DNA of 63,977 nucleotides, filler included, from Pirum gemmata (GCA_002812295.1; 21 parts of 21 records of this genome joined end to end with filler, not necessarily neighbours in it), one strand, 5' to 3'; positions 1 to 13,280 are shown, counted from the whole stretch's first letter. Notes: generated by a model from the sequence alone, not told the origin. Numbers and translations: made by a program.

Positions 1-590
1 GTAGTAGTAGTAGTAGTAGTGGTAGTAGTAGTAACAATATTAGTATTGATATTGTTAATATTATAATTTTTAAAATGTAAAATGTTATTGAGGTTATTAT
101 TGTTTGATTTTAATCTAAGTGTGGAAAAAGCAGAATCATTATTTTTAAACAGATTGCCCATCCGCGCTTTTAAACAGCAATTAAGCAAAGTTTTGGTTAA
201 CATTTTTGTGGTTGTAGTTGTAGATTTGGAGCTCGTGGTTTTGCTTGTAGACCTTGTAAGGTGGGTTGCATGTGGCTGTGGTTGGACGTGGGGCGTGGGC
301 GTGGGCGTGGGTGTGAGAATGCGGATGTGCGTTGGTGTGGGTGGTTGCTTGTGGATCTTGCAGTTGTGGACCTTGTAGTTGTAGTTGTGCTTGTGCTTGT
401 GCTTGTGCTTGTGCTTGTGCTTTCGGTTGGGGTTGGGGTTAGGGTTGGGGTTGGGGACCTTGTGGGTGTGGACCTTGTGTGGGTGTGGGTGGTTGTGATT
501 TTGTTTTTACTATTATTAATTTATTTATTTGTAACCTTTTTTTAAAACTTGGTTGTTTCTTAATTCTGATGTAAGATAAGGGTTTCTAAC
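1..590 (-). pseudogene. Low-complexity Q/P/H/T-rich reading frame with one internal stop
   Basis: Minus frame reads VRNPYLTSELR...GPQPQP*PQPQPKAQAQ...KMLTKTLLNCCLKARMGNLF... open to the window edge. The single TAA sits where CAA is expected in a PQ repeat. No family recognised. Confidence 0.25.
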
Positions 591-699
591 CTTTGTAAGG
601 ACTATATAAATGTTAGTACTTTTTTTTTTTTTTACTAATAGCTGTACTAATTATATTACCGTATTATCTTATCATTATTATTATCATTTAGTCTAGCAT

Positions 700-880
700 A
701 GACCAGTCTTTATTTCACTATTGTTGTGCTTTCAATCTTTAATTTGGTACTGTTTAAGTGTATGATTGAACTGGTTTATAAAATATAATATTAAGTATAA
801 AATACCAAATTAATTAAAATATGTCTGATAATAATAAATTGGTACGTTTATTTCAGTTTTTGAACTGGACAACACGATTA
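700..880 (+). repeat. Dispersed repeat family B
   Basis: Clear reverse-complement homologue at about 54632-54826 and a partial copy at about 50950-51020. Confidence 0.7.
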
Positions 881-956
881 TTTATAAAATCATGTAGTCT
901 AATCACAGAGTCTAATCATGTTATTTATAATAAAAAATACCTTGCATTGTTTTTCT

Positions 957-1159
957 CCTGGAGAACATAATCGAATCAAACAACTCGATCCTAATTATCA
1001 AATAGTGACAATTTTGAAATGATATATCGATATTCTTTTCTTTCGATTTTTTAGGTGACGGTGGAAATTTCTAAAGTGAGCCAATACATAAAATTAGATC
1101 GAAAAATATAGAAAGTTTCGAACTAATCTCGATTCGATGGCCTTTCCCACATCTTCCAG
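957..1159. mobile_element. MITE-like dispersed repeat family G
   Basis: Imperfect inverted ends (CTGGAGAAC..ATCGAATC / GATTCGAT..CTTCCAG). Homologous copy at about 51115-51346. Confidence 0.6.
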
Positions 1160-2084
1160 GGGGTCCACGGTCCACCTGTCCACATCATGCAGAAATAAGA
1201 AAAGTGATGTCATTTTTAATGTAAATGATGTCAATAATGATTACAATGACGTCATATCTTACTTGTTCTGTGATTGGGCAACAGCACTTAAGAAGAACTG
1301 GACAATAGACAATATAGAATATGGGTCTACCAGATCACTACAACAAAGATAATACATTCTAGTAGTAGCTAGTAAAATAACAATAACAATAACAATAACG
1401 TTAACAATAAAATTATTGACAAAAACAATAAAAATAACAATAAAAATAAAAATAAAAATAAAAATTAATAACAACAACAATAACAATAACAATAACAACG
1501 ACAATATATAATTATATTGATAACACATGATAAAATAATATAACAAATTTAATTAATAACAATATATTAATATAATTAATAACACTAATATTAATAACAA
1601 TAGCAATAACAATAACAATAACAATGACAATGACAATATAATAACAATAACAATAACAATGACAATGACAATGACAATAACAATAACAATGACAATGACA
1701 ATATAATATAACAATAACAATAACAATAACAATGACAATGACAATGACAATATTATACAACAAAACAATGATAATAACAATGACAACAAACAGTACTGAT
1801 GTATTTGACTTATAATAATTGCTATAATACAATGGTAAAAATGACGTAAACAATTGCAATAATTATTCAGAGGTGCAAAAACGTAGTTATATTGTTTTGT
1901 AATTAATATTATTATAACTTTCTTCATTCTAAAATTTAAAACTTAAAAACCACTCTTATTAATTAACATTTTTAAATACAGAAAATACGTCATAAAAATA
2001 CATGTTTTGTCTGTTTTGGGTTTTTAGTCTATTTCTTTTTCCTCAGTCTTTTTCGTGGGTCTTTGGTTTCTTTCTTTTTTAGTT

Positions 2085-2230
2085 GGGGGCCGTTCAAGTA
2101 ACAAGTCACGTCAAGGGGTAGGAAATTTACGTCAAGGGGTAGGTAGGTAGGTGGTATTTGGCCAGAAATTAACGTCGAGGGGTAGGTAGGTAGGGGGTAT
2201 TTGAAGCTGGATTTGACAGGAAATTGGTGA
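2085..2230 (+). mobile_element. Harbinger/Tourist-like MITE, degenerate copy
   Basis: Shares GTCACGTCAAGGGGTAGG...GGTATTTGA core with the complete copy at 63181-63318. Confidence 0.65.
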
Positions 2231-2899
2231 ACACATCTAGGTGTCTCTCTTGTTATATATTATACCTTCCCATATGTAACAATAATAACAATTATAATAA
2301 TAATAACAATACATAATATTATAATAATATTAATAACAATAATAATCATAATAATAATAATAATAATTAATAACACTAATAATAACAATTAATTAATAAT
2401 AACAATATATTATAATATATTATATCAATACTAACAATCGATTTTGATATCAATAATAACAATAATAACAATAATTAATAGCAATAATAACAATAATAAC
2501 AATAAAATTAATAACAATAATAATAACAAACAATAAGTTTATTATATGGATAACAATAATAACAAAATTTAATACCAACAAATAACAACAAATAATAATA
2601 ACGTTTTAATATTAACAAATTTTAATTAAATAATAACAAATAATAACGAATAATAATTAATGATAACAAATAATAACAAATAATAATAAATAATAATAAA
2701 TAATAACAAATAATAACAAAATTTAATATGGACTATAATATTGTTTTTATTTATTATTGTTATTTTTGTTATTTTTGTTATTATTGTTATTATTGTTATT
2801 ATTGTTATTTAACATTGTTATTACCGTTATTATTATTTTTATTATTGTTATATAATTATTATATTGTTAAATTTGTTATTTTATTATTATTATTATTAT

Positions 2900-2999
2900 N
2901 NNNNNNNNNNNNNNNNNNNNNNNNNNNNNNNNNNNNNNNNNNNTTAATTAATTAANNNNNNNNNNNNNNNNNNNNNNNNNNNNNNNNNNNNNNNNNNNN
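2900..2999. other. Artificial contig-joining spacer (first of 20)
   Basis: 44 N + TTAATTAATTAA (stops in all six frames) + 44 N. Identical 100-nt spacers start at 2900, 5941, 8957, 12000, 15038, 18076, 21098, 24108, 28206, 31244, 34248, 37259, 40296, 43317, 46329, 49308, 52318, 55298, 58296 and 61281. Confidence 0.97.
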
Positions 3000-3624
3000 A
3001 TTATATTGTAATAGTCAAATGAAGTAGATTTTAGTATAATTTTTGATCCCATTTACTGAGAAAATTAAGTGATTATGATCTTTCTGTTCTTATGCTGTGA
3101 ATATTTATATTTATTGTGTTTTCTTATGTTATTATTATTATTATTATTATTGTTATTATTATTATTATTTAATTCTAATCTATTACTATTTGATATTTGT
3201 ATTGTAATAGTCAATTGACGTGGAGTTTAGTATGATTTTGATCCCATCTACTAGCATTGAAAGTTAAATGATTATAATCTTACTATTCTTTAGCTCTGAA
3301 TAATTATATTTATTATGAAATTACTTTGAGAATTGTTTTGTCTGCGTGTTCCCTACACCAAACCCAAACACAAATTTTCTAGATCTTTGTGTATTATTTG
3401 TTGTGACACTAGAAAGAGTAATTGAAAGTGGAATAATTAATCAATATGCTAAGTTAATTAATCAATATACTAAGTTAATGGCTACGCAGCACGCAGGATA
3501 CTAATGTTTTTTTATTTATCTTTCATTCTTTATTCATCTTTTGTTCATCTTGGTGTTTGTAATAGTTAAACAACACACAAGATATTTAAGTCATTTTTTT
3601 TTTTAAGTTAACATTACCCGAAAT

Positions 3625-4412
3625 TAAAAAATGCTTAGTAGATAAAAATCTATTTATTGAATTACAAAATGATCGACAGATAAAAAGGCTATTGATTTTC
3701 GAATAAAAAAGTGATTGATAGAAGTTATTGATTATAAGATTAAAAAATGATTCATCAGATAAAAAAGCTATTGATTGTCGAATTCAAAAAGTTGGATTCA
3801 AAAAATGATTGATGGATAAAATAGTTATTGAAAAATGATTGACAGATAAAAAAGCTATTGGTTTTTGGATTAAAAAAATAATTGACAGATAAAATAGTTA
3901 TTGATTATTGAATTAAAAAAATGATTGATAAGATAAAAAGCTATTGGTTATCGAATTAAAAATTGATTGATAGATAAAATTGTTACTGATTATTGAATTA
4001 AAAAATGATTGTTAGCATAAAAAAGCTATTGGTTATCGAATTAAAAATTGATTTATAGATAAACTAGTTATTGATTATTGAATTAAAAAAATGGTTGATA
4101 AGTTAAAAAAGCTATTGATTATCGAATTAAAAAAATGATTGACAGATAAAATAGTTCTTGATTATTAAATTAAAAAAATGATTGATTTGGTAAAAAAGCT
4201 ATTAATTAAAAAAATGATTGGTAGATAAAAATAGGTATTGATTTGAATCAAAAAATGATTGGTAGATAAAAAAGCTATTGATTATCGAATTCAAAAAAAC
4301 GATTGATAGATAAAAAAGTTGTTGATTGAATTAAATGAATTAAAAAATGATTGATGGATAAAAAACCTATTGATTATTGAATGGAAAAATAATCGACAGA
4401 TCTATTGATTAT
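3625..4412. repeat. About 42-bp minisatellite, roughly 18 units
   Basis: Unit approximates AAAAATGATTGATAGATAAAAAAGCTATTGATTATCGAATT. GCTATTG and GTTATTG variants tend to alternate. Confidence 0.85.
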
Positions 4413-5774
4413 TGTAAAAGCTTTATGATCTTCATTTGGTTAATAACTTTCATTATTTTTTTTGACGGAAAATTGGAATGGTTACGTAGCTAGGCCAGGT
4501 CGGCCCAATTCACCAAAAAATTGGCGAAATCGAAAAAAACTAAAAACTAAAAAAACTAAAAACTAAAAAGTAGTCACTTTTTGTGAAATATTAAATGTTG
4601 CTTTGCTGAGGTATTAGTAACATTTTTTATTTTTTATTTATTTTCATGAAACTGTTTGAATTGTAAACCTTGAAACCAGATTACTTTTTTATTTTAACTC
4701 ATCATGGGTAATAGTAATATCAAAGAGTACTATTAGTTGATTAGTTACATAAATGAGAAGTTTAATGACAGAATACGAAACAGCGCAAAGCAAAGCCAAG
4801 CAAAGCCAAACCGCACAAACTAACAAAAAAAAAAAAAAATTCTATTTTTAAAAATCTAAAATCAACATTACTAGGATATTGTTGCTGTTTTATTCGCGAT
4901 AGTAGATGAATTAAATTAAGTAACGTCGCAGTTAATTTTTTTCTTGCGTTACCTTCTCTAATTTTTTAATTTTTTTTTTTTTTATTTTATTTAAAAAAAA
5001 TAATATATATTATGTTGTGTTTCTATTTTATTCTCCTTTAGACGAATTACATAGCTGCTCAGTTTGAGGTTTTTCTTGTTTCATTTATTTTTTAGTAATC
5101 TTATTTTTTTTTTTCATTAATTAAAAATAATTTATCATATTACAATTACAAATTGTTTATATTATTGCTATTGGCATATTTCATTCTCCGCTTTACTACT
5201 GCGTAGTTATAAAACCAATTCTATACGAAAAGAAAGAAAGAAAAAAAACATTGTTACTCTTTCAAATTCATCTTTCATATAACATGAGTTACTTTCTACG
5301 TCCAAAGCAATGATTGACCTTAGACCTTAGGGAACAAATGATGTCAGCTTTTTATGAGGGGGGGGGGTCATTCAAAAAATGATTTTACTAATTAAAATGC
5401 TGACGCTGACTAGTTAAAAAAAAGGTGGGTGAGNTTTTGTCTGAGGTGCTTTTTTTAGGCTGATGTCATTTTTTAACGTTGCCTTAGTGAACGAGAGTAT
5501 CATAGCGCTATGTACTTATATTGAATTTCATTTTTTGTGTCTCTTTGATGTTTATTTGGTAACTTGAAATTTAAAATTAATGTTTTTAATATATGATATA
5601 AAAAAAAATATCAATAATTATCAATTTTCTAAAATTTCATCTATTAACCAATAATGATAATAATTTGGCAAGTTATACATACATTTCTTTAAAGGACAAA
5701 TCCATGGAAAAATATGGTATTATTATTACTATTATTTTTACAAGGTACTTGATTTATTAATTGTGAGTAAAAAA

Positions 5775-5906
5775 CTAATTCTGAATATTAGAGAGCGCCA
5801 GTGAAATCTTTTCTACTGTTGGTGAATTAATAGCACTTTGATCAGCAACACTAAATTCCAAGTTAATTAATTGGTGAAATTCTCTATAGTAATCCATCAC
5901 GTTGCT
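5775..5906 (-). CDS. Probable terminal exon of unknown gene
   Basis: CAG acceptor at 5909-5907, then SNVMDYYREFHQLINLEFSVADQSAINSPTVEKISLALSNIQN* with coding-like composition. Upstream lies beyond the contig end. Confidence 0.4.
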   Translation of the reverse strand, partial: SNVMDYYREFHQLINLEFSVADQSAINSPTVEKISLALSNIQN

Positions 5907-6150
5907 CTGTATTGTAGTACATAATAATAATAATAATAATNNNNNNNNNNNNNNNNNNNNNNNNNNNNNNNNNNNNNNNNNNNNTTAATTAATTAANNNN
6001 NNNNNNNNNNNNNNNNNNNNNNNNNNNNNNNNNNNNNNNNGTCCGAGCATCCAATTAGTAAGATGACGTCATCTCATCTCTCCTCTTAATTAATGGCTTG
6101 ATATTAATAACATCAAAAAATTTCGAGTGACAAAACTTGATTCGAATAGA

Positions 6151-6185
<35 letters not shown>

Positions 6186-6419
6186 GTTTTATTTTTCATA
6201 GGATGAAATGAATTATAAATAATATTATTACAATTACCGAATTTGAAGGGTAAAAGGTATGATATGATAATAAGAGTGATAGTAAATAAAAAAAATAATA
6301 ATAATAAAAATCCACAGTGAAATCCAATAGACAATGTTTGAATGTACGTGGAACTGAATCCGATTTTTTTGTTTCAAAGGTATCATAGTAAATGAATAAT
6401 TTTTAGTCAATTCTAAAAA

Positions 6420-8813
6420 TTAACGACCTGTACCAGAATAATAGGTAGTATGTGGATTTACGTTATCTTCATTTGCCGTTACCTTACCTCCTTCGATATA
6501 ACGAACAGCATATCCGTTACTCTCTTTAACCACAGCTAAGCGTATTTTATTACTTGAATAAGCGTCCTTGTACTGATACAGTGTTCCGTGATTACTTACT
6601 TTCAAAGCAGCCTCAAATCTTATATCACCTGTTTCCGAAACTCTATTCCCATCATAGCATCTATAAACAAAATTGTGATTCGCCCGTTTATGATTATCCG
6701 TAGACGTTATTTCTATCACTTTACTATTCTCATTATTATGCGAAAAATCAATTACATCTAGATATGCAGTCTGCCAACTTCCACCAACACCCCAAAACCC
6801 ACTTTTAAAATATAGGTTTCCTATTTGTATGCGTTGGTTATTCCCTGAACAAAATATGTTATGGGCTTGAAATCTGTCAACTGTTCCTGATTTTCGTGTT
6901 CTGGAAAGAAAACCGTGAGCTTGACGACTTTTAAAGTCTTCTAAATTATTCAAATTTTCAAAATTCTTTCTATCAAAAATTGGAACAGAAAACGCACATG
7001 GTTTTTNAGTAAACCCTAATGCTTTCGGCAAAACATTCAAATACGCATCATTATTAAATTGATCTAAATATTGATTACATAGTGGTATCATTATCTTTTT
7101 CAAACACGGGTAATCCTCATCAGTGCGGAAGTGACCTGAATTTTTGCATTGTTTTTTTGGTAAATCCAACTCTATATAATTTGCTTCATATTTTTCTTTA
7201 GATCTATCCCACACATTTAACCGACAGTAGTAACCTTTAGTTCCTAAATCATCAATGTATTTTTTATTTTTATCAAGAATGGTGACATTTCCACCTCCAG
7301 CGTAGCTTATTTCGAAGTATCTTCGGCCTGATTGTCTTTTAACAATATTCTTCAGAATCATATCCTCTTCACCATTATCCACATCAGCACTAAAAAAAAT
7401 ATCAGTATGATCCTGCATGGAAAATCCTGAATTTCGGGCCCCAGTAAAATATCGCTTATAAATTGTATTGTCGAGCTTATTATCACGTTTAATACACTGA
7501 TACTTAAAATATGCTTGGTGCTTCTGATTGGGACTCTCTGTTGATACTGCCACGAATTTCTCTTCTGAAAACTGATCTAAAGGATCAAGTGTTAAGGTAA
7601 TCCCATATTTCACTGTGTTTGCTTTTTTCTCGCAATGATACCAACACGGTAATGCCATGTATATTCCGGTTTTTTCGTTAATACTTGGCGTATAGATAGT
7701 CCTGTTATTCTTGAAAAAGGGATTGTTTTTAACAGCAGTCATGCATTCATCACATTTTAAATTTTGAAGATAGCTTTTGAGTTTGTTTATATCTCCATAA
7801 CCGTAAATTGATGGTTGTTTTTGGTCTTGGCTAAGTAATTCGTTATAAAAAATAGAGTGATACTGACTTTTACCGTTCTGTGTGTGTAAAAAAGAAATTC
7901 CAATAAATCCATATTCTTCTTGACAATGTGCATCCTTGTCATCACCATTCTACATATTAGATATATTAGTAACAAATACATAATATAAACACTAACAATA
8001 GCAATACTGTAAAAAAGTGATTATATATAATATAAAATTTAACAAAATTCAAAACAAAAGGGCGATATAAAAATATAAAAAGATAAAAATTTCATATATA
8101 ACTCATACCACACTCTTCGGATGTGGGGGAACCACGGCAGGATGAATCCATTTTGCTACTTCAGTAATAAGTCCAACTATTCCTAAGGCTAGCCCTAGAA
8201 TTTGGCCGAACACAGGCATCATAAAACCAATAGCTGCGAAAACACCAACCCCCAATGCCGCAGTCACCACCGACTGTATAATCAACTGTGCACAGTTTTC
8301 TTCATCCATCGAATCGCATTCACTTTTAATATCTCTTATTTGAAAAGTGATCAATGCTATGCTAATTAGAGCATTCAATGATGACAACGCTATCATACTT
8401 TTACTTTTTATATAGGAAAAAAACTTTTTTAACATGGCTTCTCTTGTTACTGTGTCCATTCCTTCTATCTCACTTGCTGGAATTACCTGTGGTCCATCTT
8501 TGGTATTAATAAGAGCATCTGGAAATGTGTAGCTTTCTCGAACAGGTTCTGGGAGCCCACTTCTTATTTCATCTAACCCTTCTATCACTTCGTCCATGTC
8601 TATGCCTTTATATAATACTTTTGTATTTCTTTTGGCAGCTTCGCCTACATAATCTCCCATGGTGGTTTCTTCGGTAGGCAGTAATGTGTTATCAATTATA
8701 TCAAAACCATCAATATTGATTTCTCTAGCATCTGTATCAGCAAGGGAGTCAATGCCATATAAACGATTAATTGAAATAATTAATAATAGTGATAATAATA
8801 ATACATAATACAT
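6420..8813 (-). CDS. Two-exon secreted/membrane-active orphan protein, 744 aa: complement(join(6420..7949,8109..8813))
   Basis: Signal-peptide-like start MYYVLLLSLLLIISINRLYG at 8813. Phase-0 intron 8108-7950 (GTATGA...CTAATATGTAG) fuses the 8103-8849 and 6420-7742 ORFs in frame. Hydrophobic helical cluster at the end of exon 1. Confidence 0.8.
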
Positions 8814-9199
8814 CGATACACATACATACATACATGTATTGCATAACATGTAATATTATAATCTATAAAATTCAGTAATAATTACCAAAAGATAACATTG
8901 ATATTAATATTATTAATAATAATAATAATAATAATAATAATTAATAATAATTAATANNNNNNNNNNNNNNNNNNNNNNNNNNNNNNNNNNNNNNNNNNNN
9001 TTAATTAATTAANNNNNNNNNNNNNNNNNNNNNNNNNNNNNNNNNNNNNNNNNNNNTTATGTGTATAATATAAATATAGATGTAGTTATGTGTTTATTTG
9101 TTTTATTGTTTATTTGTTTTATTGTTTATTTGTTTTAGTGTTTATTTGTTTTAGTGTTTATTTGTTTTTGTGTTTATTTGTTTTTAGTATATATAATAT

Positions 9200-9392
9200 T
9201 ATCGTGCTTTTCAGTTGTTTTGTCATCATAAAAATTTAATATACAATGAAGAGTACAAATTAATACAATAAAATCCATTTCATTTAATTTGGTATACTTT
9301 ATTATCTATTTATTCATTTAAAAATGACAATTTAAATATTATAGCCAGCCAAATAAATATTCTAAGTGACAATAAAAATGAAAAGCACAATA
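9200..9392. mobile_element. MITE family A, complete copy (about 190 bp, 26-bp imperfect TIRs)
   Basis: Starts TATCGTGCTTTTCAGTTGTTTTGTCA and ends TGACAATAAAAATGAAAAGCACAATA. Other copies: 9466-9640, 10749-10894, 10895-11098, 11500-11652, 34010-34110, 43997-44185, 45476-45650 and inside the 39140-39980 array. Confidence 0.85.
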
Positions 9393-10592
9393 ATGTCAGG
9401 GCACTGTCAGGGCAGGTCTAATACTCGAGACTATCATAATAGTCTAGCTAGCTGCTAGAGAGACAATTTTCATTTATTTTGTCACTCTGAATATTTATTT
9501 GGAGGGTTATAATATTTAAATTGAAATTTTTAAATCAATACATAGATAATAAAATATACCAAATTAATTTAAATGGATTTATAACATATTAATTTGGTAC
9601 TATTTATATTTTATGATGACAAAACAACTGAAAAACATTATATCAGTATCAGATGCTAGCTAGCTAGATCTAGCTAGATAGCCCCTAGATCGTACTGTGG
9701 AGTCTGTGGCAGCTCAGCAGCTCTAGCTAGCTAGCCTCTACTACTAGCTCCTCTAGTGCAGCTCTGTCTGTAGCTAGCTATCATAATAATGTGGCTTGGG
9801 AATTTTTTCCTTCAGATGATGACTGGTCACCAATAATAAGAATCTTCTACACAACCAGCCCAAAGTTGGGTTGGCCTGTTTTTCTTTCAATAAAAACAAT
9901 ATAAGTTATATAACAACATTCAGTCAACGTTCAGAGTATTATTCATATATGATTTCTAAACTATGTATAATAAACTTTATGATTATGCCAGTCTAATATA
10001 TTATTAAACTACAGACACGAGTGATAAAAAAAACTAGCACGATGAGTGCAACCATAGTGCCCTTTACTTTTAAAAATTGATGATTTTTTGATTATAAACA
10101 AAATTTTTAATATTAATTATGATTAATAATATTATAACGTTAAATCAATTAAAGCGAACTATAATAATTGTGTACATTATATATATTATTATAAAATTAT
10201 GTATTACATATAGATGTGGGTATTTGCAAATTTGTGGTGATGGTTAATGGTGGTTATTATATATGGATTAAACATTAATAATTCTATAATTTATAACATA
10301 CGCAATAATAACATTCCTGCAAGAAAGACTAAAGAGTAATCAATAATAATAGTATAATAGTATTATATGTTTAGTTTTTAATATTATTATATCATACATT
10401 TTTAAAAAAAAAAAAAAACGATCTCTTATAATAAATTTTTTCCTGCCATAAGTGGAGATAAGTGGAGTACTAGCTACCGGTAGTCTATTTTCTGGATACT
10501 TCCAGAGAGTCCAACAGAGTTGTTCAGACTTCAGAGTTGTTGTACAACTTGTACTCTGCTACTACTAGCTAGATCTACTAGCTAGCTAGCTA

Positions 10593-10717
10593 GAGTTCAA
10601 ATAATACGTCACGTCAAGGGGTAGGCAGGTAGGTGGTATTTAACAGGAAATTAAAACGTCGAGGGGTAGTTAGGTAAGGAAGGGTTTGACTGGAAATTGG
10701 CGTTACGTTCCGCTCCC
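10593..10717 (+). mobile_element. Harbinger/Tourist-like MITE, left end eroded
   Basis: Same core as 63181-63318 and ends GCTCCC. The left end runs into a (CTAG)n tract. Confidence 0.65.
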
Positions 10718-10748
10718 TATAGACTATATCATGATATCTAGATCATGA

Positions 10749-11098
10749 TATCGTGCTTTTCATTCAGTTTGTCACTCTTATTATTTATTTGGAGGGTTAT
10801 AATATTTAAATTGGCATTTTTAAATCAATACATAGATAATAAAATATACCAAATTAAATCAAATGGATTTATATTGTAGTAATTTGGTACTATTTATCGT
10901 AATTTTCAGTTGTTTTGTCATCATAAAATATACAAAAAGAGTACCAAATTAATACAATACAAATCCATTTCATTTAATTTGGTATATTTTATTATCTATT
11001 TTTTCATTTAAAACAGCCAATTTAAATATCATAACCAACCAAATAAATATCTGGATGAGGGGGTGTGGGTTGTGATAAAATAAATGAAAAGCACAATA
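10749..11098. mobile_element. Two MITE-A copies fused in inverted orientation
   Basis: The first copy is truncated at about 10894, where a second copy starts (TATCGTAATTTTCAGTTGTTTTGTCA) in the opposite orientation. Confidence 0.75.
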
Positions 11099-13231
11099 TA
11101 ATAAATAGACTATAATCAAACTATAATATTCAAATGTTATATAATAATATTCAATTGCAAGTATGATCTATCATATAGACTTCTATCTATCCATAGACTT
11201 CTATAAACTATAGAGTCTACTCAACCACAAGCCACTCACAAGTTTACAACTTCACAAGCGTGTCGTTCTTGTGTTGTTTGTAGACTTTGCTGTTTTGTTA
11301 CTAGTCTACTACTCTCTAGTACTAAGTCTTCTCACCGGATCTCACCTATAAATTAGAGCAGCCGAAACTGCCTTTACTACGATACTAAGTCTAGCTGGCT
11401 AGACTAACTATCGATATCATATGATTCATATCTGACTATCGATATGATTAATGATATATCTGATAGAGTTTATTCTTTAATAATAATTAAAAAGTAAAAA
11501 AGAAAGAGTACCAAATCAATACAATATAAATCCATTTAATTCAACTTAGTTTATTTTATTATCTATGTATTGATTTAAAAATGTCAATTTAAATATTACA
11601 ACCCTCCAAATAAATATTCACAGTGACAAAATAAATGAAAAGCAGCACGATATGATATATCTGATTGAGTTTATCATATCATATAAAAAATAAAAAATAA
11701 AGAGTTCTAGTAGTTGTTCTAGCTAGTAGCTAGCTAGCTAGCTAGGTATTGATACCCATGTGAGTCTCATAGTGAGTCTCTCATAGTGTCAGTGTAGACA
11801 GTAAACTACTTGTATCCATACTCTATCAACAAGAGTGTCAGTGTAGTAGCTGTAAACTACTTGTATCCATACTCTACAAGCAGTTTCAATAAACGGTAAT
11901 AAACAAACAGCCTTTTTTTGATTGATTCTGAAAAGACCTGAAGAAAAAAAGACTAATAAATTCTATAATATTATCGATATATAATTATATATATTATTAN
12001 NNNNNNNNNNNNNNNNNNNNNNNNNNNNNNNNNNNNNNNNNNNTTAATTAATTAANNNNNNNNNNNNNNNNNNNNNNNNNNNNNNNNNNNNNNNNNNNNG
12101 CTTCGAACATATGAAAATATACTCTTTTTGCTATATATTTACTAGCTAACCTGACTATATTCGATCCAAGGAGTCCGATTTTGCCATCGAACAGCAAGAA
12201 AAAACATTATTTTCAGCACTTGCTCTAATTAAAACATGAATTTTGCTGACTCGAAAAAAAAAAAATTTTTTTTTATATGTGTTAATTATTAGTAAAAAAA
12301 AATTTTTTTTAGAAAAAAAGGAAAAAAATGGATGGGCTCATATGAGCCCACATCCCGGGCTCATATGAGCCCTTTTTTCTGACCGATAGAGACTAGCTAG
12401 CTAGCTAGCTAGCTACTCGGAATTGACTACCCTCCCAGAGTCCTGTGGGAAACAAGGTATGATAATAAGGATTGTAAAGAAAAAAAATCCTTTTTTGTAA
12501 ATTTTACACCATTTTTCAAATTTTGTTGACCTCCTCAGTTCAAAGTATCTTAGTCTCCAATATAATTGGTTCAAAATTAGACCAATTTTTTTTTTAGGTC
12601 ATTTTTTTTCAAAAATATATTTAAATAGGTATTTTACTACCATGTTTGTAATGTTTGTAATTTACGTCAAAATGACGGAAGAATTCTCAAAAATAAAATA
12701 AAATACTAATAAAATCCCTCTCAAATTACAAAAAAAAATGTGTGGTCAGGTCAAGAACTGCAATCCGAACAACCGTAGTCTATCTAGAGTCTGGTACTAA
12801 GTTTACTACTAACTGTGAGCGGTAGACGTCTAGCTAGTAGTACCGGGTCTACTACTACTACAACTAGCCTTACCTGCTACGTAGCTAGCTAGTAGTACTC
12901 TAGTAGTAGACCCTCTAGCTAGACGGTCTAATATTCTGCCAGTCTATATAAAAATAAATAAAAAAAGTCTTGAATCTTGATTGCAGTTTTTTATCTAAAG
13001 TCCATATTCCAAACACTGTCCAAACTGAGCCCAAACTGATATCAAAAATTATCGAAACACTTCTCACCTTTATTTCACCTTTATTTACCTTTGCATATCG
13101 ATAATTATATATTGATATCGTATATATATAAATAGTGCTTACATATTTATTATTACTATCGATAATATTACTATCGATAATAATAATAATAATAAATACT
13201 AGTATTATTATTTTTATATTATTATTATTAA

Positions 13232-13280
<49 letters not shown>

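Noticed and set aside
430..450. TAA-to-Gln genetic code reassignment suggested by PQP*PQP
   Set aside because: MTR4, GNAT, Kazal and RhoGAP end normally at TAA, and long ORFs have no in-frame TAA or TAG.
1259..2955. Hydrophobic or Cys-rich ORFs in the ORF track (also 13135, 35890, 42987-43232, 45102, 46429, 53060-53698, 61864-62461)
   Set aside because: Translations of simple repeats such as (TAT)n, (TGTTAT)n and (TTAGGG)n.
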